Below are positions 11,416 to 24,394 of a stretch of DNA of 64,000 nt, piece after piece (position 1 is the first letter of the stretch; every line of letters begins with the position of its first letter). A model generated the notes under the pieces. The model searched no databases. It saw only the letters and a list, made by a program, of their open reading frames with translations, and was not told the origin of the DNA. The stretch is taken from positions 79,053,409 to 79,117,408 of the forward strand of contig NC_068983.1 of assembly GCF_001194135.2 (NCBI RefSeq), in the 5' to 3' direction. The DNA is from Octopus bimaculoides. Taxonomy: Eukaryota. The position numbers and the translations under genes were made by a program.

Positions 11416-12185
11416 ATAATGTCTATTCATGAAATATCATTTCTCAAACTTTAATCCATCTATATTGAACATCAGAAACCATTCATTTATTCATTCAGTT
11501 CATTCTTAGAACATCAATCATCACCAAACACGGTTTTCTCATATCAATTTAAAATTAAATCTAACAGTCAAGAAGATCTTTGGCCTACATGAGTGATAGA
11601 TATAATGTGTTGCTTGGTTTAACACCACCACCTGGTTTCTTCAGTGTTTTTATTAGTGTCCACTCTACTGCAAACATTCAAGCCAAGTATCAGGTTTGAG
11701 AACACTTTCCTCTATCCCTAATACCAATTTCATAGGCCTTGTGAAGAGTCATAGGCACTGCCTTCCCTAAAAAAATCCTATGATCTCCGGTTCAATACTT
11801 CTGTGCAACACACTTAGTAAATATCTTTTGTCATGATATCAGATTGAACCATCTTGCAATGAAAATTAGCAAAATGGAAATTGTGTGGAAGCCTGCTGGA
11901 TGGTTGTATTTTTTTGTGAGAAGAAGACTTCATCTATCACCTGGCTTAGTCCCATAACCTGAATTCAGAAAATTCTGAAATGGCCAACACTTCTAGAGGG
12001 GGAACATCACAATAGAGACAACCTTACCTAAATTTAGCCAGTCAGTTTCTCTGCACAAGTATCAACAACAAACAAAACAAACTCCCATTCAGGCAAAAGA
12101 CAGAAGTTATATTTTTATCAGAACTTGCAAAGCTGAAAATCAGTATGGCTTCCTCAGCAGAGAAATGATAATCATAATAATTATC

Positions 12186-12212
<27 letters not shown>

Positions 12213-12216
<4 letters not shown>

Positions 12217-12453
12217 TATAACATACAGAAAATTGCAATATATAACATACAGAAAATTGCTTATATAACATGCAGAAAATTGCAATATATAACACACAGA
12301 AAATTGCACTACTGAGCACTGCACACATCCTACGCAAAACACTTTCAATACAGTAACTATAAGAGTATCACAGCAAACCACAGCACATACCCAAGGCACA
12401 CAAAGCTGTGCTTGGTAGTGAAGTGAAAGCACATTATAAAAATAAAACTACTG
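12213..12453 (+). mobile_element. R4/Dong-like LINE extreme 3' fragment in an (AAT)n tract, with four tandem copies of its 5'-most 23-24 bp
   Basis: Same 3' UTR as 58351-58841 (CACAGCAAACCACAGCACATACCCAAGGCACAC...AAAACTACTG-AATAAT); encodes ...YNIQKIA...HILRKTLSIQ*. Confidence 0.85.
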
Positions 12454-12504
12454 AATAATAATAATAATAATGATGATGATGATGGTGACGATGACGACGA
12501 CAAC

Positions 12505-12720
12505 AATCCTTTCTACTATAGGCATAAGGTTTGAAATTTTGAGGGAGGGGGCTAGTTGATTACATTGACTCCAATACCCAACTGGCAGTAATTTTACTGA
12601 CCACAAAGAGATGAAAAGCAAAATCTGAGCAGAAACTGAACTCAGAACATAAACAAAGACAAAATGTCACTAAGCATTTTGTCCAGTGTACTAATGATTC
12701 TACCAGCTTACTGCCTTCAA
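12505..12720 (-). mobile_element. SINE family D; other minus copies at 41718-41932, 43235-43455, 43490-43660, 52790-52950
   Basis: Reverse complement of the family D core, tail facing the R4 fragment. Confidence 0.75.
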
Positions 12721-12750
12721 TAATAAAATTTAAAAAATAATAATAATAAC

Positions 12751-12784
<34 letters not shown>

Positions 12785-14591
12785 TTTCTAACAAACGTAT
12801 ATGGCTTGAAACAGGAAAGAAAGGATTTGTTAATAAAATTAATCCCCTCTCTTTCTCTTAAGCATTGATAACCTACTCACCACCATCCAACAACCTTCAC
12901 TCTTATGCAAACAGCACAGACTTTCATCCTTCTTAATTTTCCTGATCTTGCATCATTCTAGACACCACATGCCAAACAACACAGCCTAGACACCACATGC
13001 CAAACCTGTTCAGATTCCATAAATTGAGAGCTTGAGAAAATTGTTCAGTGAAACCAGGCTAAAATTGTTTCATTTAGCAACAGAAAGCCCCTCAAGCATT
13101 ACTCATATAATGAAAATATCACTGCACCACATTCTCTTAAATACGAGCAACACTCAGCTAACTACTAAGCAAGTAAGGAGTTAGCATCCTAATCACAAGG
13201 TTTCGGGTTCAATCCTACTGTATGTTTTCTACTATAGCCTTGAAGCAACCAATGCCTTATGAATTACTCAGTAAGCAGAAACTTAAGTATATCACATGTG
13301 TGGAAGTGTTCATGCCTCCTTTGATGTTGATGATGTATGTAAATATATATGTAGGTATCCAGAAAAACATCATTGAATCCACAATAGATGTCTTCAGACC
13401 AATTCAATACATATCTCCAACAGATTCAGCAGAATCCACTCAGCTGCAAGTATTCAAGTAAAGTCCCTTATCTAAAGTTAACTTCCTGTCTAACTTTTAA
13501 CATTCTTCAAGGCTTTTTAAAAAGATTATAGCATTGTATACATCAAAATGTTCATGTTATCTCCAATTGTTCTTCTCTGCCTACAGTTATAGATATACAT
13601 CTTTCTTGTCCTACTTCACTATCTATACTTGTAATGTTATTTCACAGAATTCAATCAGACATTTCTCAATATCAGAAACCATTCTTTTATTCTTGTTGCC
13701 TGCCCAAACAAGCAAAATCAGTTTGTTCTAAGGACATCATCACCAAACACTATTTTCTCATCTCAATTTAAAATCTCATAACATTCCCATATTATTGAAA
13801 TTATTTCCCCAACAAACGGAATTTAAAGACTTTGAACTGCAAGTCTTTATAGTTGTTGTTAAATGCTGCACTGGATCAGAAGCTGAAAGCTACATTGTTT
13901 GGCTTCTCATCAATGATACTGTGCAAAGCTAATCAGGATGTTATTTGGATGGAATTATATATACAGTATTATGTCTTTATTTATTTTGCTTGATTTATTT
14001 CAACCTTCACCTTCCCTAATACCAACTAGATCTATTACAATAGCCATGTTAGCACTTACAAAATCAACTTGAACAGTATTTATCAAAGAAAACAGAAAAT
14101 ATATTAATATTCTGACATTTGTATCGTATTAATTTCATTCTTTTTTATGTATAATGTTTGTTTGGTATAAATATAGTTTCATTATAAATACTATTTTTGT
14201 TTGCTTTGCTTTCTTTCTTTTCTGTTATGGCATGTCTATAGCTGTAATTACATGCTTTCAAATATCCTACACTGTCTGTATTATAGTAAAAAATATATAT
14301 ATACATATATTCATAAATGCAAATATACATGCGTACATGTAGGTAGAGAGATAGATATTTATATATGTATACACACACATATGCATAATGTAAGTAAAGT
14401 GCATGTTAAGTGGATGGGTAACTATTCTTTTAGAATTACATTCCTTCCTTTATAATTTTATGAAGGAACCTGTGAAGTGAATTCATGTCTTAGCAAAATT
14501 TCATGTTAAGGCTATCCATACACATATAAAAATCAAATCTAGAGACTATATTATGAACTTATTTATTTATATCATCTTCACACAAGTTTTG

Positions 14592-14815
14592 ATAACTGTT
14601 GCAAAGCAGATTATGCATGGATTTCCTTACATAATCTTGGACATTCATGTCATCAAAAGTGCCATACAAAATACAATGCATTCTGTTGTATGCTCCAGTA
14701 TTTATAGTGGTAGGATGTATGACAACATGTGTTGTATTATGTATGATATCTCTGATGATACAAATGTCCAAAATTATATAAGGAAATTCTCACATAATCT
14801 GCTTTACAACAGATA
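14592..14815. repeat. Diverged palindrome (about 224 bp)
   Basis: ATAACTGTTGCAAAGCAGATTATG...GGACATTCATGTCATCA vs TGATGATACAAATGTCC...CATAATCTGCTTTACAACAGATA. Confidence 0.85.
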
Positions 14816-15021
14816 CCAAAATGCATGCAACATTGGTGTTATAAATATCTTCATGACACATACTCAATGTATGAAACTTGCACATATTTATTTACAAATA
14901 TATATAGTTCCAGGCTTTGAAAAAAATAAGTAATGGGGTTGATACATTCAACTTAAAAGTTCTTCCTGGCCACAGTCAGATGACTGAAACAAGTAAAAAA
15001 TAAAAGACAAAATATATATAT

Positions 15022-15185
15022 AGGCACAGGCATGGCTGTGTGATAAGTAACTTGCTTACTAACCACATGGTTCTGGGTTCAATCCCACTGTGTGGCACCT
15101 TGGGCAAGTGTCTTCCACTATAAGCCTCAGGCTGACCAAAACCTTGTGAGTGGATTTGGTAGACAAAAACTGAAAGAAGCCCATC

Positions 15186-15187
<2 letters not shown>
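15022..15187 (+). mobile_element. SINE family B 5' half (tRNA head plus CORE-like segment) ending in (TA)n
   Basis: TGGCTGTGTGATAAG A-box, GGTTCAATCCC B-box, GCACCTTGGGCAAGTGTCTT CORE-like motif. Confidence 0.85.
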
Positions 15188-15254
<67 letters not shown>

Positions 15255-15424
15255 CACGATGGGCTTCTTTCAGTTTTTACTGGGATTGTAAGATGATAAG
15301 GTAATGAACAAAGAAATGAGAGAAAGTTTGTATAGAATACAAGAACAGGGTTAAGAAGATGCTTGAAACAAAAGTAAGTGGAACTAATATCATCAAAACA
15401 ATTAGTGTAGAGCCATGCCTGTTT

Positions 15425-16545
15425 TTATATAAACCGCTCTTTTTTTTTAATGAATAAAGTGGGAGCTACAGGAATTGGATAGGAGAACTAGGAAGCTGCT
15501 CAGAAACTATAATGCACACCGCTCTAAAAGCAATATGGACAGGCTCTATTTACCAAAAAAAAACAAGGAAGAGGCAGAGGTTTGTTCAATACAGATCACA
15601 CCATTGCTACTGTGATTTGGGGTTTAAAAATCCACAATAATTCTAGTGAGGAAAAACTGTTGTACACAGTTTAAAATATCAATGAAGTCGTAACTGTTAG
15701 AGATTTCAAGGACAGAAAAAACAGAATAAATTGTAGAAAGTCAAAGAACTCCATGGTCATTTCATACAACAAACAAAGGAAGTTGGAAGAGAAGAATGCC
15801 AGTTGCAGTCGAGAAAGTTGCTGATTATAACCACTTAGAATGATGCCATTGAAATTAATTTGATAAGTACAAAGATTGATAAAACTCAGTCTAATAGCAA
15901 ATACAGAATGTGTGGAAAAAGAGACTAAAGAATTAATTATCGTCTAAGTGTGTGTAGGTAGCTAGCATAAAAGAAAACATAAACATAGGCATGACTTTGT
16001 CAGTAAAAGGGACTAGTAGGATATCAACCAAGTTTGTGGATTGGAAAGCATTAAAAGATGCAGAGGGTGAGATGGTGAATAATAATTAGAGGATTTTATG
16101 GAGTCTCTCCATAAAGACTGATCATACTATTGAATCAAGGAGACAGGGTATGACCATGGAAGACAGAAAGACCATTGTACAGTCATTGACTTTACGATCC
16201 TATATAGTAGAGTGGATATCAAGGAAAATGATGAAGTGAAAACTATTAAGATATTATAAGAAAGAAATAACAAGATATCATTAGAAACAGCAGATATTAG
16301 TAAAAAGAAAAAGTACTTAAAAGATGTTAAGTTGAAATTAGAAATATCAAGTATGGGGAGATATGCAGAAGCAAAAGTGAAAATCCTGCCTGATATTTTT
16401 GGAACATTAGGTTCAATCCTACAAAACTTATTGTATCACCTGGAATGGTTGGACATCAGGACAGACATTTGAGTACTCCATAAATTTTTCCTTGAACCAG
16501 GTCATGTTCTTAGAAAGGCATTTTCAATCTTTAGTTAAGGCCTGA
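15425..16545 (+). mobile_element. Heavily decayed R4/Dong-like LINE 3' half
   Basis: Translates piecewise to ELQELDRRTRKLL...SKSNMDRLYLP; KIDKTQSNSKYRMCGK; IFGTLGSI. Confidence 0.7.
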
Positions 16546-16642
16546 CAGTTATTTCTAAGGAATAAACAAAAATTAGTATGTTAAATTCTTACTATGCAAT
16601 ATAGAAATAATTCTGTATTTTCTAGAATACAAATCAATATAG

Positions 16643-16854
16643 TATACAAAAAGTTCTGGGCTTTGGGTATAAGAAAATATAGGAGGATCAGTTAATTATG
16701 ATTTTATTCAACTTATTTCCCTCTCGGGTTTATACACTTATTGCAGCAGTCCTTCAGTTTTTCTAAACCCTGTAAAAGAACTTGAAAGGATAGGCCTCTA
16801 ACCAGGTCTTTCACAATACGCTTAAAGCCAGGAACTTTTCAGCACTCCCTCATA
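16643..16854 (-). mobile_element. Non-autonomous mariner MITE (second copy 34376-34596)
   Basis: TIR-like AAAGCCAGGAACTTTTCAGCACTCCCTCATA; internal remnant of a mariner transposase C-terminus. Confidence 0.75.
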
Positions 16855-18253
16855 TAGTGTAAACATGTAGTGTAAACATTTAAACATCATTACAATCTTT
16901 TCAAATTCTGCTGCATTTCACATGGAATTTTGGTCCTCCAAATTTGTCTTGGTGTATATATCAAATTACCTTTTGACTTATGGTCTGTAAATTTGACTTG
17001 TATGTATTAACAACAATAATAGCTTCATAAATACCGAGCAAAATGTAAAAGCATAATTGATTTTCAGAATATTTGAACTCTGTAAAAAATTGTATATTGT
17101 AAAACTTTGTAAGACCTAGAACTATTATTTTTCTCATCTTCATATTCTTCATATTTGTTGATAATGATTTCTAACTTAACAACACTATAAACGTAGAGAA
17201 GTGTGCAGTCAGTTTAATTGACAGCCCTAATACTTGTTTTATCAACCCTTGAATCTTGAAAGGTAGAGTCAGCCTCAAAGGTGTTTAGCATTAAGCATAA
17301 AGAGACATAAATACTAACATAATGGCAAAGATAACCAAGTCAGGTACACAGAAATATATTATCATACTTGATACTTGATCACAAGACATACATAATGTAA
17401 ATGAAGGTTGTTTTCATTGATATGTGTTTCAGGCAATTCACTGGCACACACACAGATATATAAATAATGATACCAACAACTAATAACTTAGAAGTATGCT
17501 GTCTATAACTCAGTACTTTTTGTGAGGTTCGGGGTGGGGTGGGTTTGGGTTAAGTGACAGGATCCTAGTAAGGACTCTGGTTGACTTTCTCTTAATTGTC
17601 AGTAATTACTACAAGAACAATATGCTCATCTTTCTACTAATTCTGCCATTCCTCTCATCAACTGCATTGTATTCTCCTGTATTGATTAATAATGTATAGT
17701 ATTATGAATCAATACAGGTTTTCATACAAATATTTCTATTTGTAACATTTAATGCACATTATTTTATTGAAATATAAACAATATTTTAGAATGTTCTGGC
17801 CAAAGAGAGCTCTGTCAAGCACCAAAAGAAGGTGATGAGATTAAAAGTCAGTGTTAATATATTTAAGATGAAGGCAGCAGAATGGCAAAAGGCTTAGTGA
17901 CATTTGATCCATCTTTATGTTCTGAGTTCATATCCTACCAGGGTCAAATTTGCCTTTCATCCTTTCAGGGTTGATAAATTAAGTACCAGCTAAGTACTGT
18001 GGTCGATGTAACCCACTTACCCACTTCCCCTGAACTTGCTGGCCTTGTGCCAAAATTTGAAACAATATTTAATACTCATTATTTTATTGAAATATAAGCA
18101 ATATTTTTAAATGTTCCACTCAAAGAACGCTCTAAGTGTCAAAAGGAGATAATGAGATTAACTGGGTGCATCAGAAAGATAACTCAAAAAGTAATACAGT
18201 GAGGGAAAAAAAGCCATTTGTCATTAGCTAATATAGTTTTGATTATATTGACC

Positions 18254-18298
18254 AAACTCAGACATGTTTCAGTATTATTTAAGCTCATCAGGGAATCT
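18254..18298 (-). ncRNA. Minimal type I hammerhead ribozyme-like motif
   Basis: Minus: AGAUUCC-CUGAUGA-GCUUAAAUAAUACU-GAAA-CAU-GUC-UGAGUUU. Intact core, palindromic ACAUGU stem III, 6-pair stem I with a first-pair mismatch, weak stem II. Confidence 0.55.
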
Positions 18299-18572
18299 TA
18301 TACTTCACAGTATTTGGTAAACTAGTGACTGGGAAAATCTCTTAAGGAAATCCTTATCAACATCATCGTTATTATTGTCATCATTGATGTCACCATCACC
18401 ATCATCATCATCACTACCACCACCACCACCACCACCACATCATCATCACCATATCATTGTCATTGTCATCATCATTTTACTCCTGCTTTCTACGATGGTT
18501 AAGGATGAATGAATCATCACAGCCTGAGTTAATTCATATTCAGACTTACTGTCCTTCAAGATGGATTATAGG

Positions 18573-18722
18573 CACTAACATAGCTGGGGGGAGGGGGACA
18601 GTCTTCCCTGGGTGGCACTTTTGCGTCTGCTGTAGGCAATATGTGTTTCTTTTTTTTGTGGGATTTGGGGGCAGAAAATGGAAGGGTTGCCCCAGGTGGC
18701 ACACGCTCTAGCTACACTAGTG
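18573..18722. mobile_element. Degenerate hAT-like MITE
   Basis: Ends resemble CAGTGGCGTAGCT...AGCTACGCCACTG (here CACTAACATAGCT / AGCTACACTAGTG); no TSD recovered. Confidence 0.4.
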
Positions 18723-19243
18723 GGTAGAGGACAACATCTCAATTATATATATTATTTTTGGCTTAGCATCAATGACTGAATGTCCTTCCTATCATCAACA
18801 ACTTTACACAATATATCAGATGCATTTTATGCATGCACCAGCACTAGAGAAGCTGTAAGGTCCACAACAAGACTAAAGGGTCCCTTTGACTCTCTGCAGT
18901 GTCTGCTTGTTTGCCAACCACTTTACAGACTGTATTGCACACATTTTATCATGACACGAGAACTAGAGAAGCTGTAATGTCCTCGACATGGGTAAAAGCC
19001 CCTGTCTGCTTGATCACTAACCACTTTTATAGAGTGTGCTATGTGTATTTTATTGTGACACAAACACTGTTTGGTTTCTGTCTGGTTTATAAGACTAAAG
19101 GTTCCTCACTAAACTGCATTTGTTTAAATAATATTATGCATTGTAGTAAAATAGAGATAGTTAAGAGAGTAAATTACTCTTAGATGTGTCCTGCACAAAA
19201 CTGAAGAACCATCACTTTGTGTTCTGTCAGAAGTTCTATACTA

Positions 19244-20085
19244 CAGGGTGTTTGGGTTAAATTTGACAGTGTGCATAAAAAGAAACAAAAAAAACAATAT
19301 CCCATCCAAAAATAGAATTATTGTAAAAAATGAAAAAAACATCAATTAGATTTTAACTGTGAGATAAAACTTTACTACCTTCAGCTTCAACCACACCCTC
19401 AAGATGGCTCCAGATCCTAGTGCATGCATTCCTCACTATGTCTCTGAGAAGATTTTTGAACAGCTCTTTGTTCTTAGCCACTAACTCAGCCTTGATCTTG
19501 CAGAGTGGTTAGTGTCTTTCTCAATTGCACCTCATACAGAGTAATCTATGGAATTACAATCAGGGAATTACAAGGTCAGAAACTGGGGTTGGTGAAGTTG
19601 TAGAAATTCTCCAACCACTACATCTGAATCTTTCTGGAGGTATGGCAAACAGCTGAATCCTGCTGCCACACATACAGTCTTCCAGCATCAACCTCCTCCA
19701 GACAGGAATTGACCACAGTCTCCAGTATTTTCTCATAGCTGTCTGAATTGAGCCTAAGGGCCTATTCAAAGCTGAGGGAATATGGTCACAGTAAAACGCC
19801 TGCTGTACTGCTGTACCCATTCCTGCTGGTTACAGCTCTGTAGTTTCCATTGCAACTGTCCATGACATATCTTACAGCTTTTACAGTGTTTACAGAGAAT
19901 TGAACAGCAGTCGGGATGTCAGCATTTTGACACCCAGCATGAATTATCGTGATACAGGTAACTTTTTTCTAATATTCAGATATCTTCCAATCCTTCATGT
20001 CAGCTAACTTTTTCTCAACTACAACTTTAATCTCTATGCTCTCCCATGCCATTGACAGTTCACCAATACCTCAAGCTGTTCCTGA
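19244..20085 (-). mobile_element. Tc1/mariner DD37D (maT-like) transposase pseudogene with right TIR
   Basis: Minus: YEKILETVVNSCLEEVDAGRLYVWQQDSAVCHTSRKIQ...NSPDCNSIDY...EGVVEAEG. After one frameshift correction there are 37 residues between the QQD and NSID aspartates. TA|CAGGGTG terminus at 19242-19250. Confidence 0.85.
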
Positions 20086-22044
20086 AAAAATGAGACATAA
20101 AAAATTGCCAAATTTTGCCTGAACATTCTGTATAATTACTCCAGGACAAAACACTAATGAAGTTCTTTGCATTATGTTATTTTTAGCTAAGTAGTTATAT
20201 AAACAAAGAGCATATTCACAACTAAATAGATTTATATAAACAAAGAGAGAGTGGTCCGATGGTAGTCTTCTAAATTCACTGGAAACTGATAAGTTGTCTA
20301 CAGCACTAAAATCAAAATAATCTTACATGAGTCTATAATAAATGAACATCAAAATACCAAGGTTTATATTTTTTTTTATTTTTAAATAAACTCATTGAAC
20401 AAAAAATTGTGTTAACATTAAGATAGATGCTGAGGTAAGGGTTGACTTATAGAGAAACGGTGCTTTAGAAGTAGGTCTGATGTTTCAGCTCATTACCATA
20501 ATAACCCTAATTAGAATAAAAATAAAATAGAAAATAAAAAAATTAATTTATCTTTCTGCATCAATCTCAACTTGTAATGATCTAAAGCTAAAATCTATTG
20601 ACCGAAAATAATGGTTCTTGTATTTTATTCAAAATAAAGTGTATTTTCTTTATCATTATTATTATTATTATCATTATTATTACTATTTTCTTTTTGGCTC
20701 AAAATCGACTTTGATGGGTTGTTCATTAGCACATTAGAAATTAGCAATTAGATATATTTTTCTAAGAATTTATTCAAGAAAACAAAAACAATAACAAACA
20801 TACACACAAGTGAATATAAAATATTTTGCTTGTTTTTTTTCTTTCTCTTTTCTTTTTATTCTTTTGTAGTATAATCTTTTAGAAATTTGAACTTGGAATT
20901 TATATTTTATTTATTTTATTTTATTTTTATTTCTTTTTTTTTCTCTGGCTATATTAACTCAATAAATAAACAATTTGTTAAAAAGAAGACTAGTTAAAAA
21001 TTTATCCTAACTCTGCCACAGTCTTCATCTAAACAGCATCGTTATAATTGTGACTATATCAGTAACATTCACTTGGTCTGCTAATACCACAATGCAGGAG
21101 GGGTTAGTTTCATGTTACTTTGTTGTTGTTTTTTCCTTTCATCATTTTTTAAATTTTTTGTTTTATTTTTTATAGACATCATTTTACACATATGCCTAAC
21201 ACCATTAACAGAAAACATGATGACAGATTAGTACTACTGATGATTACAAATTTTGTTTTAGTGGTGTAAATGGCATTGGTAATGATGCACAGGGAATTAG
21301 TAAGCACAAGATATAATGGAATCAATCACACCATCTTTAACAGTTACGTTAATATCAATATAGATTATTAATGTCGGCGATGATTATGGTAGCATAGTAA
21401 ATTAATGGTGAACATTTCCAAACTGTATTAACTGAGGTTTGCATAAAAGAGACAGGAAAAGAGAAAGAGAGAGAGAGAGAGGCAGCAAGTGAAAATGGAA
21501 GAGTGACAGACAGGCAGACAGACAGGCACACAGACATACGAACCTGCAGATAGACAGATTCAATAGGATATTCCTATGAAAAATAAACAATCAAAATGTC
21601 TAAATGATCTATTGAAAAAGTACATTAAAATTTAAAAGCTAAAAAACAATGATCTGCATTTAAAAATGTAAGTGGGAGGAATTAGTATTGGTAAATTTAA
21701 TTAATAAAGAAATTTATTTATTTATTTGTTTATTCACTTTATAAGATTCGTTGTGTAAAAAGAGAAGTTGTGTAAATATAGAAGATTGTGCTTTAATGAT
21801 AGGCATAATGAAAAGTATATATGCAGTATTAATCAACAATAAGGAATTAATTATTCTTGCAGGATTACACTTATATTCAGTGAATTCAGTCCTTAACAAT
21901 TTCCTTCAGAAAGTAATTTAGAATTTTTACAGCAGTAACCCATTTGCTTTTGTTATTGTTGTCTGGTTTATGTTCCAGATGAATCATCATCATCATCATT
22001 TGATTTCCATTGTTGGGGGTTTGCAAGCTTGTATAAGAAGAAGG

Positions 22045-22429
22045 GTGGAGGTGCAATGGCCCAGTGGTTAGGGCAGTGGACTCGCGGTCATAGGATCGCG
22101 GTTTCGATTCCAAGACCGGGCGCTGTGAATGTTTATTGAGCGAAAACACCTAAAGCTCCACGAGGCTCTGGCAGGGGTTGGTGGCGAACCCTGCTGTACT
22201 CTTTTACCACAACTTTCTCTCACTCTTACTTCCTGTTTCTGTTGTGCCTGTAATTCAAAGGGTCAGCCTTGTCACACTGTGTCATGCTGAATATCCCCGA
22301 GAACTACGTTAAGGGTACACGTGTCTGTGGAGTGCTCAGCAACTTGCACGGTTAATTTCACGAGCAGGCTGTTCCGTTGATCGGATCAACTGGAACCCTT
22401 GACGTCGAAAGCAATGGAGTGCCAACACC
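22045..22429 (+). mobile_element. SINE family A, full length, 12-bp TSD
   Basis: TSD ATAAGAAGAAGG at 22033-22044 and 22430-22441. Confidence 0.95.
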
Positions 22430-22684
22430 ATAAGAAGAAGGAGATGAGGGATGGGAAGGTAGCCTGCAACTCTAAAACAAGTTGGGCAGAGTTGAATCAA
22501 AATCATTATCTATATATGCCAAAAATAAATCAAAGGGATACGCAAAAGATTCATATTTCATTCATGCTAACTTCTTTCTTGGTTTGAAACATTCAGATGA
22601 GGGTTTAGGGTTGAATACATATGGACTTTATGGTTCTTGTTGTTGTTGCTGTCATTGTTTAACACTAAGCTAGCCAGAAGTGAA

Positions 22685-23440
22685 CAGACACACCCAAAAT
22701 AAACTGGAACTTTACAATATTATTTTATTCATTAGTTTTTTACATGTTTACACTTTTATTACCTTCAAAGTATTCTCCATTTGAAGCAATGCATCGGTCC
22801 AGATGCGTTGGCCACTGTTCGTAGCAGTGCTGGAACTCTTGTGAAGTGATGCCTTTTAACATCTCTGCCATTTATTTTCTTCATTTCTTCCACCTCTGCT
22901 TTCACCAGTGATGACCTTCAAAAAAAGGTCTGGATCAACTTCCAACTGTTCTTTCAGTTCATGACACACATTCAGTCATGACTGCATTTGATCTTCCGTG
23001 AACAAGTGAAGTACAAATTTTGCTTTCATTCACAATTCCTGACTCAAAATTCGTTGGCAGGAGCTCCAGGAGATACCAGTCATATCAACAAGTTCGTCAG
23101 TTGCTTGGTGATAGTTCTCCAAGATCAGTTCATGAATTTTCATGATGTTTTCATTCGTTCGGGAAGTCGTTAATCTTCCTGAATGAGGTTGGTATTCAAG
23201 TAACAAGTGACCATTCTTTAAACGTGGAAACCACTCATAAATTTATGTTTTGTGCATGACAGTGTCCTTGTGAGCTATTTGAAGCATGACAACTGTTTCA
23301 GCCACTATCTTCCCCAGCATTTTCCTGCTATTCCTTCATTTCAGCCATCGCAAAAATCGACGAACAGGGGAGAAGCACTGCAAAATCTTCTCAATTGGTT
23401 CCTTGCTTCAGCTTATGAATGGCCTGTCTCAACATACCTC
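22685..23440 (-). mobile_element. Internally deleted mariner element
   Basis: Minus: IYEWFPRLKNG...SGRLTTSRTNENIMKI...AKFVLHLFTEDQ...FLKVITG fused at about 22901 directly to the C-terminus ...QEFQHCYEQWPTHLDRCIASNGEYFEG. Confidence 0.85.
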
Positions 23441-24394
23441 ACTCTCCACAGAGGTGCAGCCAGGTATTTGAAGTGATTGTACCATTCTTTGATCTGAGTT
23501 TCACCCAGGGCATCATCACAAAAGGCTGTTATTTGACATAGATCTAGCTGCTATTTTAGCAGGCTGAATAACCATGTAAAGGCTCTTTCATCGGACTCTT
23601 TAGTATGTTGATGACCTGTGTTTTGTTGTTTTTTTGTTCTTTTTTAGTTTTATTGCCAAATCTTCTGAGGAGCTGCAGAAAATATTTGCAACTTGAATGA
23701 TTGGGTTGGGGTTAAAAGGTCTAAAAGCCAATATAAAATAGATAGTATAAGTTTCATAGGTCATGAAAGCTTAAAATATCTACATTGATGGTAGTGGTAA
23801 TGGCAGTGAAGGTAGCAGGCAGCTGCCATAGTAGCAATGGTGGTGGTGGTGGCAGTGGCAGTAGCAGGGCTCCCAATGGCCTTGGTGACAGTAATGGTGG
23901 CAGTCACAGTAGCAACATAGTGGGGCAATGGTTTTGGTGTTTAGTATCAAATTAGCATACCAGTGATCAACAGTGATCCACTTGGATCGTCCCATATTTT
24001 ATTTAAACATAGAGTGTATCTAGGATAAACACAACCCAATGTGTCCTTACATTTTTAAATGGTAGAGTGTGATTTGAGGGAAAACCAGTCAGTAATTCTA
24101 GGAGGACATGTGACTATATAAAAGCATATTCACTGACTACTAGTTATTGCTTGTGTCATCATTATAACTTGCCAATATTTTCCTGTTACTAAGATAGTGA
24201 GTTGGCAGAATTGTTAGCACACTAGGCAAAATACTTAGTGACATCTCATTTGTTTTACATTCCAAGTTCAAATCACACTGAAGTCAACTTTGTCTTTCAT
24301 CCTTTCAAAGTCAATAAAATAAATACCTCCCCCTAGTGAAATTGCTGGTCATATTCCTTAATTTGAAACCAATTTATTTCTGTTACTAATTTTT

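Noticed and set aside
12213-12307. Short direct repeats here and at 24395-24545 and 33735-33785 as a CRISPR-like array
   Set aside because: No unique spacers, eukaryotic context and no cas genes.
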